Made by a program: the position numbers and the translations under genes. A DNA stretch of 27,961 nt, taken from the IMG/VR virus record IMGVR_UViG_3300017913_002108, positions 1 to 27,961 of that record; one strand, given 5' to 3'. This DNA comes from a virus. Its lineage: Duplodnaviria > Caudoviricetes. This document shows, one piece after another, positions 26,667 through 27,961 of the stretch; position 1 is the first letter of the stretch, and each line of letters opens with the position of its first letter. The notes below the pieces were generated by a model. The model did no database searches. It saw nothing but the letters and a program-made list of their open reading frames with translations, and had not been told where the DNA came from.

Positions 26667-27051
26667 AATGTCTCTTTAAATAGTTTAAAGCCATTTCTAC
26701 ACCTTCTGGTTTGTCACCTAGTAAGCCTATAGCTGTATTACAGTTATGACATATAAAGCCTCTATGCTTTAGTTCTACATGACAGTGGTCTAATATTAGT
26801 GAAGTAGCCTCTTTACCGCAACATTGGCAATGCGTAGGTTTTAAACCTGCATCTTTTTCAAGCGCTCTTTGAACCCTTTTATGTTCTGCTTTACACGCAT
26901 TACACACATTACCTTTGCAAGGGCTTCCATCTTTTCTGTGATACATGTTGTAAAAAGAATCTAAGTGTTTCTCTTCATTACAATCCTTACACACCTTAGT
27001 ATCACCTGGTTTGATAGACCGTACATTCTCTTGGAAAAGAGGATACTGCAT
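26653..27051 (-). CDS. Endonuclease VII-family (His-Me) nuclease with N-terminal Zn finger
   Basis: CKDC...CNAC, then CQCC...LDHCH...RGFICHNCNTAIGLLGD...ALNYL. AAGGAG SD. Confidence 0.9.
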   Translation of the reverse strand: MQYPLFQENVRSIKPGDTKVCKDCNEEKHLDSFYNMYHRKDGSPCKGNVCNACKAEHKRVQRALEKDAGLKPTHCQCCGKEATSLILDHCHVELKHRGFICHNCNTAIGLLGDKPEGVEMALNYLKRHYELD

Positions 27052-27060
27052 TAGTTCTCC

Positions 27061-27201
27061 TTAGTTAAGAATCGTTTCTGCTTTAGTTACCAGCCCCTGC
27101 GTTGCTTCTGTAGCTTGGTTAATAGCTTCTGTACCTACAGGAACTACAACTTCTTGAAATACGCCTACTGCGATCCATGCGATTACGAAAAATTCGATCA
27201 T
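27061..27201 (-). CDS. Small membrane protein (46 aa; not in ORF track)
   Basis: Manual translation MIEFFVIAWIAVGVFQEVVVPVGTEAINQATEATQGLVTKAETILN*. ATGA overlap with the glutaredoxin stop and AAGGTG SD. Confidence 0.75.
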   Translation of the reverse strand: MIEFFVIAWIAVGVFQEVVVPVGTEAINQATEATQGLVTKAETILN

Positions 27202-27437
27202 ACTTTTTCACCTTTTATGTATGTTACTAGTTGGTTATAACCACCGATATATTCACCATCGGCAGTCCATATTTGAGGTACCGTCTTTATATCAGACTTT
27301 CTGAATAAGTCTAGTACCCATTTTGCATCTTCCAGTGAGTAGTAGTTTACGGATTTACCTTTTTCTCGTAATAACCCTACTGCCTTACTGCAATACATGC
27401 AATCCTTACGTCCTATAAGAACAAAGTTGTGTTTCAT
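27198..27437 (-). CDS. Glutaredoxin
   Basis: CMYC active site, TVPQIW cis-Pro motif and YIGGY. Near the RNR gene. Confidence 0.93.
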   Translation of the reverse strand: MKHNFVLIGRKDCMYCSKAVGLLREKGKSVNYYSLEDAKWVLDLFRKSDIKTVPQIWTADGEYIGGYNQLVTYIKGEKV

Positions 27438-27586
27438 CCTTGCCCCCTATAAATCTTAGACGATCTTTTCTTGTGTTTGTTCATGCTAGAAAGCTTTAGA
27501 CTTTTCTTTTTACCTGATTGAGAAGTCTTCTTATGTTTAGATTGATGCGTTCCAGCAGATGCACCTACAATTTGTACTTTAGACAT
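27434..27586 (-). CDS. Small basic phage protein ending YRGQG (50 aa; not in ORF track)
   Basis: Manual translation MSKVQIVGASAGTHQSKHKKTSQSGKKKSLKLSSMNKHKKRSSKIYRGQG*. Overlaps both neighbours (ATGA with glutaredoxin). Confidence 0.8.
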   Translation of the reverse strand: MSKVQIVGASAGTHQSKHKKTSQSGKKKSLKLSSMNKHKKRSSKIYRGQG

Positions 27587-27761
27587 TTCTACTCATTAGT
27601 TCGTATTTCAGTTTACTCTTTTCGTAATCAGACATAGTTACCCAATCACGTATCTCTTCTAGTGTTCTACGACACCCCATGCAGTAACCGTCATCATCTA
27701 TACGGCATACTTTAACACAGGGTGTCGCTACGTTGACTATAGCAGGTCTACGATTTCGCAT
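27579..27761 (-). CDS. DUF1289-family Cys-rich protein (60 aa)
   Basis: TPCVKVCRID..GYCMGCRRTLEEIRDW signature. ATG 27761 preferred (GGGGA upstream). Confidence 0.85.
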   Translation of the reverse strand: MRNRRPAIVNVATPCVKVCRIDDDGYCMGCRRTLEEIRDWVTMSDYEKSKLKYELMSRNV

Positions 27762-27961
27762 GAGTCCCCAGAACAAGCCATAGTCTGCATTGCTACAGTG
27801 TTATCCTCTTGTTCATACTCTGAAAGCTTAGTCCAGTCAATGCTTTTTGGCATGGATGATAGTAGTTGATCATATTCATCCTTATTGCAGTCCTGATAAG
27901 GTGCTTGCTGATAAGTGTGATCAGAGTGCGGCAAGAACGATACGCCTGACATCTCGTCAAA
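27737..27961 (-). CDS. nrdJ: Class II (adenosylcobalamin-dependent, monomeric RTPR-type) ribonucleotide reductase, C-terminal fragment
   Basis: Frame open to the window edge: FDEMSGVSFLPHSDHTYQQAPYQ...ACSGDSCEIVDL, including the C-terminal CX4C redox pair. Confidence 0.85.
   Translation of the reverse strand, partial: FDEMSGVSFLPHSDHTYQQAPYQDCNKDEYDQLLSSMPKSIDWTKLSEYEQEDNTVAMQTMACSGDSCEIVDLL

Noticed and set aside
1-27961. tRNA, rRNA, integrase, IS elements or phage-RNAP promoter repeats
   Set aside because: Intergenic gaps are all under about 30 nt and I saw no cloverleaf, recombinase motif or recurring promoter-length motif by eye. A covariance or motif search would be needed to exclude signals embedded in coding sequence.

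Overview
The window is a densely packed ~28 kb piece of a lytic, podovirus-type dsDNA phage genome, most likely marine and infecting an alphaproteobacterium. The gene set resembles roseobacter/SAR116 podophages (HMO-2011-type or cobavirus-like), but I cannot fix the group from sequence alone. Bases 1-25548 are a + strand late/structural arm. It holds a 5'-truncated modular tail fibre with a self-cleaving S74 chaperone, its tip adhesin, a small accessory block containing a delta-9-type fatty acid desaturase, the tail adaptor and nozzle, a second fibre with a beta-propeller adhesin and chaperone, several internal virion (ejection) proteins, a pesticin-like muramidase and a holin-like protein. 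Bases 25574-27961 are the end of a converging - strand nucleotide-metabolism arm (class II RNR C-terminus, DUF1289, glutaredoxin, endonuclease VII-like protein, PhoH, small ORFs). The two arms meet at one bidirectional hairpin terminator. The most notable observations are: (1) a repeat/variable-cassette array inside the fibre gene whose repeats show patchwork DNA identity; (2) a desaturase wired into the tail-fibre operon; (3) an ejection protein with 20 gap-free 22-residue repeats; (4) a small Acb2/Tad1-like candidate anti-defence protein. All family assignments come from motif recognition by eye; no searches were run.
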